IMG/VR virus record: IMGVR_UViG_3300030329_006602
Span: 1-64,000 of that record
Source of the DNA: a virus
Strand: one strand, 5' to 3'
Length of the DNA stretch: 64,000 nt
In this document: positions 37,584 through 48,330 of the stretch, one piece after another
Layout of the letters: every line of letters starts with the position of its first letter
Numbering within the stretch: position 1 is the stretch's first letter
Program-made: the position numbers and the translations under genes
The notes under the pieces: generated by a model
Seen by the model: only the letters and a program-made list of their open reading frames with translations
What the model was told of the DNA's origin: nothing
The model's database searches: none

Positions 37584-38616
37584 TGGAAAGGAGTTCGTGG
37601 TCTCTTCTGTACATTTTACTTACTAACTCCTTGAAGTTTGTTTTTCTCTTCCATCCCAGTTCATTTTCTGCCCTAGATGGGTCCCCGCAAAGTTCGTGCA
37701 CTTCAGCTGGCCTGTAAAACTTTGGGTCCACTTCAAATATTAGCTCCTGAGTGTGTGAGTCGAAGAGTTTTTCCTGCTCTCCGTGTCCCGTGGAATAAAA
37801 GGTTATTTTTGCGGCGTCGAGAGATAATTCCAGAAACTCTCTCACTGTGTGCATTTCTCCACTAGCCAGTACATAATTCTCTGGATCTTTTTTCTGATTA
37901 AGCATTAGCCAGACGCCCTCCATAAAATCTTCCGCGTCACTCCAATCTCTCTGGGCCTCAAGGTTCCCGAGGGTAAGTACTGGAATCTTCGTCTCGCGTT
38001 CTAGCGCTAGTTTTATTTTAGCTACACCGTTAGTGATTTTTCGGGTAACAAAATCAAGCCCTCTTCTTACGCCTTCGTGGTTAAAGAGCCATCCTTGAAC
38101 TGCATACAATCCATATGATTCTTTATAGACTCTTACAATGTGGCGAGCGGCGCACTTTGCGGCACCATATGGAGATTGGGGTCTAAGAGGGTGATCCTCG
38201 TCCTGGGGCGAGCTAATAACATCCCCGAACTCTTCGGAAGATCCCGCGTTGTAAAACCTACAGTTGGGAGCAAAGCGCCTAATGGACTCCAGTATATGTA
38301 GTACGGCATCAGAGTCGGTCACCCAGGTTTGAATAGGATAATCCCAACTCCCCGCCACAAACGATTGGGCCGCAAAATTAATAAAGTAATCTGGCTGGTG
38401 TTCGATTATAACATCCCTGATACTATGTGCATCGTTGAGGTCCATGTTTAGGAGTTTAAAGCGGGGTTCTCCTTCGAGGTGGAGAATGTTTTCGTGGTTT
38501 TTTACGCTGAGTCGTCGAACTGTGCCAAATATTTGGTGGTCGGTATGGGCTAATAGATAGTCAACCATGTGACTACCGTCTTGTCCTGTTACTCCTGTTA
38601 CTATAATTTTTTTCAC
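37576..38616 (-). CDS. gmd: GDP-mannose 4,6-dehydratase
   Basis: TGVTGQDGS; AAQSFV; SPYGAAK; LFNHE; FVTRKIT; LGNLEAQRDW; YRPAEV; GTG start. Confidence 0.97.
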   Translation of the reverse strand: MKKIIVTGVTGQDGSHMVDYLLAHTDHQIFGTVRRLSVKNHENILHLEGEPRFKLLNMDLNDAHSIRDVIIEHQPDYFINFAAQSFVAGSWDYPIQTWVTDSDAVLHILESIRRFAPNCRFYNAGSSEEFGDVISSPQDEDHPLRPQSPYGAAKCAARHIVRVYKESYGLYAVQGWLFNHEGVRRGLDFVTRKITNGVAKIKLALERETKIPVLTLGNLEAQRDWSDAEDFMEGVWLMLNQKKDPENYVLASGEMHTVREFLELSLDAAKITFYSTGHGEQEKLFDSHTQELIFEVDPKFYRPAEVHELCGDPSRAENELGWKRKTNFKELVSKMYRRDHELLSNG

Positions 38617-39551
38617 TTTTCTAGAATTAATTGTTTGAGGCCTGTGGAGAACTGTATACGTGGAGACCAACCCAACTGGGCCTTGATCTTTGTGTTGTCT
38701 ATGGCGTACCTCCAGTCATGTCCTAATCTGTCCTTTACAAATTGTATTTGATTTTCGCCTTTTTTCAATAAAGAAAGTATGTTTTTTACAATGTCCACAT
38801 TTCTTACTTCATTGTCTCCTCCTATGTTATAGACTTCTCCAGCTTCTCCCCTGTGTAGTACCTCATCTATTGCAGAGCAATGATCTAGAACATGTATCCA
38901 GTCTCTGATATTACGGCCATCCCCGTAAACTGGAAGCTTATTCCCAGCCTTTGCATTCTTAATCATTAAGGGGATTAGCTTTTCCTCGTGTTGGTTTGGT
39001 CCATAATTATTTGAGCATCGAGTGAGTAGAATTGGATACTTAAAGGTTTCATAAAAGCTTCGACATAGTAGGTCTGCCGCAGCCTTGCTGGCGGAATAGG
39101 GGCTGTTGGGTTGGAGGGGCGTGTTTTCGGTAAAAGGTGAATCTCCCTCTTTTAAGCTTCCGTAGACTTCATCTGTCGATACCTGTAAGTATCTTTTTAT
39201 GGTTGAACAGTCGTGTAACAGGTTTAATAGGGAATGTGTGCCGTTTATGTTTGTCTTTATGAACGGCCCTGAGTCCTTGATGCTGTTGTCAACATGGCTT
39301 TCTGCAGCAAAATGAACAATAAGGTTTATGTTGTTGTCTTTTACGAGCTTTTTGATAACTTCGTGGTCGTTAATGTCGCATTTAACGAAATTGTATCTTT
39401 TGCTTTTTTTAATTTCCTCGCTTAGTCGGTCGAGGCTGGCTGCGTAGGTGAGGGAGTCTATGTTCCAAATATTATAATTATACTTTTGGAATATATGGGT
39501 GATGAAATTACTCCCAATGAAGCCGTAGCCGCCTGTAACTAATAGATTCAT
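38613..39551 (-). CDS. rfbB: dTDP-glucose 4,6-dehydratase
   Basis: TGGYGFIGSNF; HFAAESHVDNSI; STDEVYG; SPYSASK; CSNNYGP. Confidence 0.97.
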   Translation of the reverse strand: MNLLVTGGYGFIGSNFITHIFQKYNYNIWNIDSLTYAASLDRLSEEIKKSKRYNFVKCDINDHEVIKKLVKDNNINLIVHFAAESHVDNSIKDSGPFIKTNINGTHSLLNLLHDCSTIKRYLQVSTDEVYGSLKEGDSPFTENTPLQPNSPYSASKAAADLLCRSFYETFKYPILLTRCSNNYGPNQHEEKLIPLMIKNAKAGNKLPVYGDGRNIRDWIHVLDHCSAIDEVLHRGEAGEVYNIGGDNEVRNVDIVKNILSLLKKGENQIQFVKDRLGHDWRYAIDNTKIKAQLGWSPRIQFSTGLKQLILEK

Positions 39552-39985
39552 TTATTCTGGGATATCTCGGGGTTTTGTTTTAGGGTCTGGATAGTAATAA
39601 GATCTTTTAGGCGCGTTGTAGACCATTCGTGAGATCGAGTGGTGTAGATTACCTTTGGGGGTAAATCATCCCCAGTGAAACTCCTTCCTATGTAGTCTTC
39701 TCCTAAGATTCTTATGTCGGGCTTCCAGAATTTAATGAGATTAATTAATTCCTCTTCTGTTTGGTACATATATACGTCGTCAATGTATCTGATCGCCATT
39801 AGAGTCTTGTATCGTTCGTAATAGGGAATTACGGGCTTGTATTTAGTATATCTTGTTTCCGACGGGTCTCGTTGTAAAAATACAAAGAATTTGTCGCAGT
39901 GGCGCTTGGCCTCTTCAAAGGTATAAATGTAGCCTGGGTGAAGTAAGTCAAAGTTTCCAGCCGTGAAGCCAATTGTTTCTTTCAT
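39548..39985 (-). CDS. Cytidylyltransferase-family nucleotidyltransferase (TagD/HldC-like)
   Basis: GNFDLLHPGY; GEDY; RSHEWSTT. Confidence 0.85.
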   Translation of the reverse strand: MKETIGFTAGNFDLLHPGYIYTFEEAKRHCDKFFVFLQRDPSETRYTKYKPVIPYYERYKTLMAIRYIDDVYMYQTEEELINLIKFWKPDIRILGEDYIGRSFTGDDLPPKVIYTTRSHEWSTTRLKDLITIQTLKQNPEISQNK

Positions 39986-42567
39986 AAATTATTAATTGTG
40001 AAGTCCTCATATTGTAAGTCTTTGATGTTAATAAACTCAATACCGCTATCAATTAAGTCTTTATTGTGTTTTTTAATTTCGTCAGCAAAGTTCCATGCTA
40101 ATATAATCACCTTCATATTGGTTCCATTAATTTCAGTTTTAGGTTTAATTGGGATATTTGTTCCTGGCACAATTTTATTATGTTTTAATTTATTGTCCTC
40201 AACAATAAAGTCAATATCATTGACTGTTATACCGTAATAATTTAAAGCTGTTGTTGCCTTAGCTGGTGAAGCATAACCAATTAATGTGTTACCTTCGTCT
40301 TTAAGTCGTTTGATATTTTTAATTACATTGGCTTTACAATCTTGAACTCTTTTACCAAAGTCTTTATATGTCTGATACTCTGTTAACCCAAATTCTTCTT
40401 CATTTATTAGGAAAGTGTTAACATTTTCTGTGGACACCACTCTATGATGATTGCCAACATAAACACGAATTGAACCTCCATGAGTATCAATATGTTCGAC
40501 ATCATATACCTTAACACCTAAACTATCAAGGAATCGAACTATCGATGTTACTGACCAATAGTTAACGTGTTCATGATAAATGTTATCAAACGTCAAATCC
40601 TTAATAGTGTCTAATAAATATTGAACCTCAATCACAAATGTTCCTGTGTCTTTTAATAGTTTAAACACATTTTTTGTGATACCTTTTAAGTCATCTGCGT
40701 GTGCAAATACATTAGAAGCAGTTACTAAATCGGCAGTACCATCTAGCCCTTTAAATGTATTTTCATCAAAGTAGCTGTTAATTGTTGGGATTCCATTATC
40801 AGTAGCTATTTCTGATACATTAGTGGCGGGTTCTACTCCGATTACCTTAATGCCTTTATCCTGCAATGGCTTTAAAGCAATTCCATCATTTGAACCTATA
40901 TCTACAACTAATGATTTTTCATCTAGTTTGAATTTGTCTATATACTTGGTGGCGGCATCTTCAAAATGTTTTCTAAATGATGACGAAGTAGATGAGACAT
41001 ATAGATAGTTGTCAAACATTTTACCTGGAGGAACTACATAGCTTAGTTGAGAGTTATGACACTCGGAACAATAATCCATTTCTAGTGGGAACTTCTCAAA
41101 AGAATCGTCTTTGAAGTCTAATAAGTTGTTGGCCATTGGTGACTTACCTAATGATATAACTTTCTTCATATGAATGTTACCACAACACCTGCATTCCGTT
41201 TTGTATCCATCAATAAGTTGTTTCCTGAAATCCTCATCAACAAGTATATCCCTAATTGTGTGTGTGATTCCATAATTCTCATGTTCTCTTTCGCCCCTAA
41301 CAAGGTTTAAGAAAATAGAATCTTCTAAGAATACCATTGCATGTGAAACATTAGGCCTTATAACTGCAATGTCACCCTCTTTTATCAATCTGGTTTCGAT
41401 AACCGAATTTGGGTCAGCTAAATCTTTAACAACGCTAATATATTTACCTTTAATCAGTAGACATTTTTGCTCTTGTATGGGATGGTAATGATTCGCTCTA
41501 ACTGTACCCTCTTTGGACTCAATATAACCAATTAAATTAATCGGTTCAGTTAATTCAAAATTAGATATTTTACCCCTCTCATCAATATATTCTTTGCCTC
41601 CTCTAATTATGTATTCCAAATCTTCTGGTTCTTCTTTGCGGGACCAATTAGTAATCATTTCTTCAATGCACCCTTTAAGGTCGTACCTAAATTCAAAACC
41701 AGTGTCTAGTAATTTTTTATTTGATATTGTATAGCCTAAGTTTGGTATTTCATCATCCGTTTCCTTAATTTTTAATTTTGGATTTATTTTCTTACAGATA
41801 TCTGCAACTTCTTTAACGGTCGTATTCTCTTTTGACAAATGAAAAATTTCATTATTTATGCCGCTTTCGGCCATAAATTTAAAGCATCTTGCAACGTCAA
41901 CGAGGGGCACTAAACTTTTCAGTTGTATCCCCCCAGAAAATAATTTTATTGTGCCGTCTTGGGAGGCTATTTTTGAAAAAAGATTTGGCATGATCCCTGT
42001 GCGCATGGTGTCGGTTGAGTAGCCGTAAACAGATGCCAGCCTTAGTATAACGTAATTATTGCCAGAATTTTGCAAATCTTTTTCAGATTGTACTTTTCCA
42101 GATGAATAAGTTAGGACAGGGCACGGGGGCACGTCTTCTGCTAGGTTGGTTTTGGTCTCCTTAAATCCTTCATAGACCACATGGGTGGACGGGAAGAGGA
42201 TTTTTGAATTTTTATTAGCGTACTTAATAATATTTTTAGTGCCCTGAACTCCAGTACGTGTTATGGCTTGATCCTTTTCGGTATCCGCATCTGTTGCGGT
42301 ATATGCGACGTCAGTTATGCCAGCTAAATGTATGATGATATCAGCTTGGGCGAGTTCTTGTTTTAGGATGTCTTCTTCTAATATTGAAGATTCTATAAAT
42401 CTAATGCCCCAGTCTCTTAATTGCTTAACTCTTTCAGAAATAAATCTAGAATCTATTACAACAATATCTTTATATCTAGCTTCGCCCGAGTACAATTTAC
42501 ACAACTCCGTTCCAACGTAACCCAGGCCACCAGTGATGACAATTTTTTGTATTGTATTGTTTTTCAT
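39982..42567 (-). CDS. Trifunctional fusion: NAD-dependent epimerase/reductase + cupin + NDP-sugar C-methyltransferase
   Basis: TGGLGYVG and YSSGK; DERG..RANHYH cupin; CRCC..CSEC Zn site, DIGSNDG, NVFAH, IYHEH, HGGSIR, LAWNF. Confidence 0.88.
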   Translation of the reverse strand: MKNNTIQKIVITGGLGYVGTELCKLYSGEARYKDIVVIDSRFISERVKQLRDWGIRFIESSILEEDILKQELAQADIIIHLAGITDVAYTATDADTEKDQAITRTGVQGTKNIIKYANKNSKILFPSTHVVYEGFKETKTNLAEDVPPCPVLTYSSGKVQSEKDLQNSGNNYVILRLASVYGYSTDTMRTGIMPNLFSKIASQDGTIKLFSGGIQLKSLVPLVDVARCFKFMAESGINNEIFHLSKENTTVKEVADICKKINPKLKIKETDDEIPNLGYTISNKKLLDTGFEFRYDLKGCIEEMITNWSRKEEPEDLEYIIRGGKEYIDERGKISNFELTEPINLIGYIESKEGTVRANHYHPIQEQKCLLIKGKYISVVKDLADPNSVIETRLIKEGDIAVIRPNVSHAMVFLEDSIFLNLVRGEREHENYGITHTIRDILVDEDFRKQLIDGYKTECRCCGNIHMKKVISLGKSPMANNLLDFKDDSFEKFPLEMDYCSECHNSQLSYVVPPGKMFDNYLYVSSTSSSFRKHFEDAATKYIDKFKLDEKSLVVDIGSNDGIALKPLQDKGIKVIGVEPATNVSEIATDNGIPTINSYFDENTFKGLDGTADLVTASNVFAHADDLKGITKNVFKLLKDTGTFVIEVQYLLDTIKDLTFDNIYHEHVNYWSVTSIVRFLDSLGVKVYDVEHIDTHGGSIRVYVGNHHRVVSTENVNTFLINEEEFGLTEYQTYKDFGKRVQDCKANVIKNIKRLKDEGNTLIGYASPAKATTALNYYGITVNDIDFIVEDNKLKHNKIVPGTNIPIKPKTEINGTNMKVIILAWNFADEIKKHNKDLIDSGIEFINIKDLQYEDFTINNL

Positions 42568-42666
42568 TTTAATTTTGACGCCTCCATGGGATGCGGTTAT
42601 AGGTCTTCATATAGTCCAACTGATTATATTCAAGATTTTGCATTTTTCTATACCATTCTTCGCGAA

Positions 42667-43590
42667 CTAGCTTTTGATTAGATATGGAAATTTAGATTCA
42701 ATCAAATGTATTGTGCTTTTTGGGTAATTGCATGATTCCAGGGTCATAGGCTTCATTCCTGAAAAAAAGTATTCTTGAAGCGGGTCTGAGTAGGTCGAGT
42801 TAGTTCTGTTAAATAAATCTGTATTAGATTCAATTTTATTTTTTATATCTGATAGGACGGCTTCATTGTTAAGTTCTTGGTGAGAATAGGCTTGAATTTT
42901 TTCTTTTATTCTCTCTGGACCACCAATGAAACTTAAATGCCAACCGCCATCAAGTATTTGTGTGAAAGTATCATTTTTGCACGCGGTCCTAAAATGCGTT
43001 AGGGATATGTTGCTTAAGTCAGAATACTTGAAAGACGTTGTGCCGTACCAATTGGTGTGGCATAAATTGTTTATATAAAAATTATGACAATCCATCATGA
43101 CAACATGGTTTGCAAGTTTTTGTTCTTTTATTTGTGATACAATATCTGGGTGTGGTATTTCATCTAAATCCGAAACAAGAATAATATCATTTGGTTCGCA
43201 GTTAGTTAAGCCTAGCTTCACGAATTCTCTTTGAATATAATCTCGAGCGAAGGTTGGGTGGCTTTTTAAGCCATTCTCGTCTTCTCTATTGAATAGATCA
43301 ACAATTTTATTGAATCTTAAATTATAATCAGAGGACTCTTCTTTTTTATTTATGTTGAATATGTCATCTGGCATTGCCTCTGTAATATAAATAATTTTAT
43401 CTAAATATTTTGAAAATTTCGATTTATTGGCTTGAAAATTAAGAGGTTTGTTATTATTGGAATGGGTTTTAGTGCTCTCGCTAATCACAAAATAATCCAC
43501 CTGGTCGTATAGCAATTCTAGCCTTATTTCTAATAGGTCTAGTTCGTTGAAGAATTGAAAACAGTCGTAGATTTTCATTTGTAGATTCAT
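42667..43590 (-). CDS. GT17 (MGAT3-like) glycosyltransferase
   Basis: IYDCFQFFNELDLLEIRL; ILVSDLDEIP; GGWHLSF; KIQAYSHQE. Confidence 0.88.
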   Translation of the reverse strand: MNLQMKIYDCFQFFNELDLLEIRLELLYDQVDYFVISESTKTHSNNNKPLNFQANKSKFSKYLDKIIYITEAMPDDIFNINKKEESSDYNLRFNKIVDLFNREDENGLKSHPTFARDYIQREFVKLGLTNCEPNDIILVSDLDEIPHPDIVSQIKEQKLANHVVMMDCHNFYINNLCHTNWYGTTSFKYSDLSNISLTHFRTACKNDTFTQILDGGWHLSFIGGPERIKEKIQAYSHQELNNEAVLSDIKNKIESNTDLFNRTNSTYSDPLQEYFFSGMKPMTLESCNYPKSTIHLIESKFPYLIKS

Positions 43591-43606
43591 ATGTAAATTT
43601 TAGTCA

Positions 43607-44548
43607 TTATTCAATTTTTATATTATTTTTATATGTATTTAGATTGTGCATCCTATAGTAGTCTTCAGCTTCTTTTTTGCAAGTATTATAATCTGAAATG
43701 GCCCCTTCTCTATCTATGTACTCAAAGGATGTTGTATAACTGTCGGCGTGAGACCAATATCCATCGCTTAAATTGTGTGATATGAAATATTTGGGCCCAA
43801 TAGTTTTGTGACAATATTGATTCAGCCATGCGCCCCACCAGGAGAAGGAAGAATTTGAGATTATAAGCCATTTGGCCTGGTTGACGACGTAAAAATCAAA
43901 GCCTATATCCACGTGAATGGCCTGTATGTCAAAGGGCATAAAACTTTTAGCGCAATTTATGTCATCAGTTATAATTAAAAATTTCATATCTTTATTTGCT
44001 TGTAGCATATGGCTTATGGAGTCCCGCCAGTACTCTTTTCTTGGAATTACGTTGTGAAGATTTTTATATTCTCCACCCCTAAAATTAATAATGCAGAGGT
44101 TGTCGTCTAGGCTGATCCCCAGGTCTTTTAATTTTTTTTTGTAGCCATCTTTGTATTCTTTTTTTATTTTAAACCATTTTAAGATAGAGGGTTTGTTGTC
44201 AATAATGTAATCTTCGCATTGGTAAATTCCGCCGAGAGCGCCGTTATCACCCAGGAGTATAGTATTATCCTCAATATCATATATTCGATCATCTAACCTA
44301 TTGAACCAAACCTTTTCCTGTTTAGCTTTATGAAATTGCCACTTTTCATGAAAATGGTGAGTTATGCCCGCAACGGATTTACCAAAATCCGCATCCATAA
44401 ATGTCATTTGGCTCTTACCTTGGTGATAGTCGTGAGAAGGTGTTGGGCTTATCCCCCAATCGTAACCTAGTTTTTCTGCAATAGTTCTACACACAGAATA
44501 TTGCCACATGTGATTACCTAAATTACCTGTTAAATTTATTGTTATCAT
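43607..44548 (-). CDS. GT11 alpha-1,2-fucosyltransferase-like
   Basis: GNLGNHMWQY; INFRGGEY; IITDD; ISNSSFSWWGAWLN. Confidence 0.85.
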   Translation of the reverse strand: MITINLTGNLGNHMWQYSVCRTIAEKLGYDWGISPTPSHDYHQGKSQMTFMDADFGKSVAGITHHFHEKWQFHKAKQEKVWFNRLDDRIYDIEDNTILLGDNGALGGIYQCEDYIIDNKPSILKWFKIKKEYKDGYKKKLKDLGISLDDNLCIINFRGGEYKNLHNVIPRKEYWRDSISHMLQANKDMKFLIITDDINCAKSFMPFDIQAIHVDIGFDFYVVNQAKWLIISNSSFSWWGAWLNQYCHKTIGPKYFISHNLSDGYWSHADSYTTSFEYIDREGAISDYNTCKKEAEDYYRMHNLNTYKNNIKIE

Positions 44549-45219
44549 TTTATATTATTGTTGTTAATTAATTCCCTATATTTATTATTTGCACCACCAA
44601 AATTATGGAACGCAAAAGGTTTAATGTCACCAAACTCTGTAAAATATTCTTCATGTGAAAAGTATTTCGCAATTTCAAAATCCCCATAACGCATACCTTC
44701 AGCTAAAAACATATCCCTATTTGCTACGCAAATTTGTGTATCTTCATTAAAATTATTATCAAAACGTTCCCATTTCATATTCATTCTTGTTGGCAACTCC
44801 ATTAGTCGTTTACTTCTTAATGAAACACTATTCCCGACTCTAATTATCTTACCTTTACTGTCGGATAAATGTTTATGACCCCAGGGCGCACCAATATAAT
44901 CATAATCTAAAAATTCTAGCCTCCATGACATAGGGTTAACGATAAAGCCATCATCATGAATTAAGATTGCAAATTCCGTGTCAACGTACTTATGTAAATC
45001 ATAAACCATGGCTCGATTCCATTCATCGATATTAGACATTTTATTACAATACTCATGTGTGATTAATAATGGTATATCCTTTGGTTTGGTGTCAGACACT
45101 AATTTAACGGAGCCGAAGTCGATATCTTTAGAACTATGCATTAACGCATTAATTGTTGCACTTAAATGTATTGAAGTCAAAGCAATGAGTGATACATTTT
45201 CTAACTTTAACCTTTTCAT
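44545..45219 (-). CDS. DUF5672 family GT-like protein
   Basis: LIHDDGFIVNP..W..EFLDYDYIGAPW; VGN..SLRSK; NED; FAFH. Confidence 0.8.
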   Translation of the reverse strand: MKRLKLENVSLIALTSIHLSATINALMHSSKDIDFGSVKLVSDTKPKDIPLLITHEYCNKMSNIDEWNRAMVYDLHKYVDTEFAILIHDDGFIVNPMSWRLEFLDYDYIGAPWGHKHLSDSKGKIIRVGNSVSLRSKRLMELPTRMNMKWERFDNNFNEDTQICVANRDMFLAEGMRYGDFEIAKYFSHEEYFTEFGDIKPFAFHNFGGANNKYRELINNNNIK

Positions 45220-45974
45220 TAGATAAATCTAAATCTATTTGTTTGAATGTGTTGTGGGGAGGATCCCCTGTGTGGATTATTGTAATTTAGCCAGTGACTG
45301 GGTGCAATTATTGCCTCTTTGTCGGATAGCCAGGCCCCCCACCAGGAAAAGGTTGAATTAGATATGATACAATATTTTGAGAGGTGGAGTAACTTGAAGT
45401 CTACCATCATGTGGTTACTTATGATATCTAATTCTGGTAATATGTTGTAGGCTGATTTTATATCATCTGTTATAACCACAAACCTTATATCTTTATTTAT
45501 TTTTTTAACTTCATCAATCGCTTCTAAATAATACTTCCGCGGTAGAAACCAATTGTGGGAATTTATATAATCTGTCCCACGTACATGTATAAAGCAGTAT
45601 TCATTTATAGGGTATTTACGTGCTAATGTTTTGGTGGCATCATCGATTTTAATATCAAACCATTTTCTTATCTTATCATGTTCATCATCATAATAATTCC
45701 CGCATTGAAAAAATCCTCTAATTTTTGTAAAGTCTGTTAAGTTTAATATGCGTGGGTTGTATTCGTTGTTATCATGGTAAGTATTTTTAATATTGCCGTC
45801 ACTAGCGCCTAGGTTGATATTGGGGAAGAATTGAGATAAATGCTGTCCTTCGCATGACTCTTTTCCGTTGGTGGGGATATGAAAATTATAACCATTTTTA
45901 TCTGCAATTAGCCTGCACATGCTATATTGAAACATTTGGTTGCCCATCCTGCCCATTAAATCAGTTGATATCAT
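45219..45974 (-). CDS. GT11 alpha-1,2-fucosyltransferase
   Basis: GRMGNQMFQY; GFFQ; HVRGTDY; ISNSTFSWWGAWL. Confidence 0.9.
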   Translation of the reverse strand: MISTDLMGRMGNQMFQYSMCRLIADKNGYNFHIPTNGKESCEGQHLSQFFPNINLGASDGNIKNTYHDNNEYNPRILNLTDFTKIRGFFQCGNYYDDEHDKIRKWFDIKIDDATKTLARKYPINEYCFIHVRGTDYINSHNWFLPRKYYLEAIDEVKKINKDIRFVVITDDIKSAYNILPELDIISNHMMVDFKLLHLSKYCIISNSTFSWWGAWLSDKEAIIAPSHWLNYNNPHRGSSPQHIQTNRFRFI

Positions 45975-46962
45975 TGTCTATTTTTTTTAATATATTCTCG
46001 TAGATATTCTTAAAATCTAAAATAGTAAGATCAAAATTTTTCATTTCTTCGAATAGGTGATCGTTGTTAATTAGTAACTCTTCGGTCACCTCGGAGAACT
46101 CATTAACGAATAAAACTGGTATATTTTTAAATATGCGTTCTAAATATGGTGAACTTTTAACTACGGGTACTCTTCTCATATAAATCACCTCCCAGTCCCT
46201 AGAGCACTCACACCCAATGGCGTTGCCGCTTGGGCAAATCATAAATTTATGCTTTTTAATTGTGTGGAGATATTCCCGATACCCCGCGTGGGTATTATTG
46301 GTTTTGTTTACTGTTGACCATTTATTATGGAATAAGTCATTTAGCCCAGCCCTTTCTTTAGGGTTTGTACCCTCCGAGTGATTAACATATAATAATTTTG
46401 TTGGTTCTGATTTGTGGTTATTCACTACGTCAGATAGCACTTCATGTCTGTCATCTTCGTGGCTTAATTTTCTCTGTACACCATATGGCATGGGGTGAAC
46501 TTTGCCACCAAACGTTATTGAGTTGGATGCATATATCCCTATAACATTTTCTGGTATTTTACCCCATATAAATTCATCAATGCAATTATCCTCGAAACCA
46601 GTAAAAATAACAAATTTAATATGAGGTAGTGATCCACAGAGTTTGAGTAGGTCATTTCTTGACCACAAGTCCGCTAAAACATTATTTTTATGTGATTTGG
46701 CAGATGATACATATTCTTCCATTGCAGTATCCTTAATACCACCCCTCTCATATAATCGTATATTATCAATAAATAATGTCATATATTTCTTGGCAGGTTC
46801 TATTTCTTTTACCTTATTTAAGAATTCCATATTACCCATATTGGCATCTTTCATATAACCACCCAGTATTCCACGACCAGATTGATCCCCAAATGAATAA
46901 TCAACGTTATCTCTTATGTATGTTGGATCTACATACATTTTTTTATAAGTCTCTAGTAACAA
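45961..46962 (-). CDS. Exostosin-like (GT47-related) protein
   Basis: HPMPYG; LLYVNH; KFMICPSGNAIGCECSRDWEVIYMRRVPVV. Confidence 0.7.
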   Translation of the reverse strand: MLLETYKKMYVDPTYIRDNVDYSFGDQSGRGILGGYMKDANMGNMEFLNKVKEIEPAKKYMTLFIDNIRLYERGGIKDTAMEEYVSSAKSHKNNVLADLWSRNDLLKLCGSLPHIKFVIFTGFEDNCIDEFIWGKIPENVIGIYASNSITFGGKVHPMPYGVQRKLSHEDDRHEVLSDVVNNHKSEPTKLLYVNHSEGTNPKERAGLNDLFHNKWSTVNKTNNTHAGYREYLHTIKKHKFMICPSGNAIGCECSRDWEVIYMRRVPVVKSSPYLERIFKNIPVLFVNEFSEVTEELLINNDHLFEEMKNFDLTILDFKNIYENILKKIDNDIN

Positions 46963-47557
46963 CTATTAAATAATTATCACCTGAATACAAGCCGCCACCT
47001 CTTAAATCTCTAGCTGATACAGAGTATCCTGGCGGTGTGATCGAACTAAGGTGCTGCAACCATTGTTCTGGCGCCTGGGCATCTTCCACAACTAAAACTC
47101 CGCCCTTATTTAATTGTGGTACATATGTATTCCACACGGCAAGTACATCAGGGAAGTAATGGCTCCCATCGTCTATAATTATATCGAATTTAATATCTTT
47201 AAGTTGTTCTGTAACTGAAGGATCTTTTATGTCTTTAAAGATATAAGTAACATCATCCATTCTATATTCAGGAAGAATAACATCAATTATATCGACACCA
47301 TAAATATTAGCCTTTGGAAAGAAATCTCTCCACGCCTTTAAGCTGCCACCCCTCTGCACCCCAATTTCCATTAAGTTTATTTCAGAGTTTTTTTCATAAT
47401 TATTAAAAATTTCTTGATATGAATCACCGTAAGTGTGACCTATCGGTGATTCAGGGTTATCTATGATTATTCTATCATCTAAATTATTAAAAATGTTTTT
47501 AATGGTGCCGTGATTTTTATCGGTGATATATTTTAGTAGTAATTCTCCTATTTTCAT
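46943..47557 (-). CDS. Sugar O-methyltransferase (MycE-like)
   Basis: HTYGDSY; MEIGVQRGGSLKAW; FDIIIDDGSH; GGVLVVED. Confidence 0.85.
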   Translation of the reverse strand: MKIGELLLKYITDKNHGTIKNIFNNLDDRIIIDNPESPIGHTYGDSYQEIFNNYEKNSEINLMEIGVQRGGSLKAWRDFFPKANIYGVDIIDVILPEYRMDDVTYIFKDIKDPSVTEQLKDIKFDIIIDDGSHYFPDVLAVWNTYVPQLNKGGVLVVEDAQAPEQWLQHLSSITPPGYSVSARDLRGGGLYSGDNYLIVVTRDL

Positions 47558-47562
47558 AATTT

Positions 47563-48330
47563 TTAATGTTTGCTGTGTTGGTAATAGCGGTTGTTTTCTA
47601 CTTCAGGGGTGCATGGTTTGACTGTAGGAAGTTTCTTATGGAACCCAAAGGGTAATATTCCTGAATTTTCAGGCACGGGGTTTTCGTAAGAAAAATATCT
47701 TGCAACTTCTATGGGGGCAAATTTACACCCCGCTTTTTCGAATAAGTGTTTATTGTGCACACAAATGTTTCCATCCTCATTTGTGTTAGTCTGCCCAAAC
47801 ATTTGATAAAAGTCTCTGCGCTCACTTACGTGAAAGGGGATAGGGGTATAATTTGGGACCGTTAGGAGCTTCTGACTTCTTAATGAAAAACCTCCGTTTC
47901 CTACGCGGGCGCGTTCATTAAAAGGAGTAATGTAGGTAGTCTCCGATAGTGGCCACGGGGCTCCAATGTAATCGTAATCTAGGAATTCTTCCCTCCATGC
48001 CTGGGGATTGATAATGAAGGCGTGGTCTTGAACAATGAGGACGTGGTTGGTTTCTATATGGTTGTGCAGATTATATAATATGTAGAAGTTGTATTCGTCT
48101 ATATTTGTAAGTGGTGCCACCTGCTCTTCTGCCACAATTTCATGGTGTGAGAGTGCGTCTTTATATTTTGAGCATAGGGCTTTTGTTGTGACGAGCTTTA
48201 CTTCGCTAAATTTCGCAACATTTTTACAATGGATTAAGGACTTGATGGTGTTTTCAATTCTATGGGTGTTGTCTATCGCAAGGCAAGTTGTATTGTGTAG
48301 GACGGGTGGGCGGTTTATTTTTTTATTCAT
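47563..48330 (-). CDS. DUF5672 family GT-like protein (second copy)
   Basis: IVQDHAFIINP..WREEFLDYDYIGAPW; VGNGGFSLRS; NED; FGFH. Confidence 0.8.
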   Translation of the reverse strand: MNKKINRPPVLHNTTCLAIDNTHRIENTIKSLIHCKNVAKFSEVKLVTTKALCSKYKDALSHHEIVAEEQVAPLTNIDEYNFYILYNLHNHIETNHVLIVQDHAFIINPQAWREEFLDYDYIGAPWPLSETTYITPFNERARVGNGGFSLRSQKLLTVPNYTPIPFHVSERRDFYQMFGQTNTNEDGNICVHNKHLFEKAGCKFAPIEVARYFSYENPVPENSGILPFGFHKKLPTVKPCTPEVENNRYYQHSKH

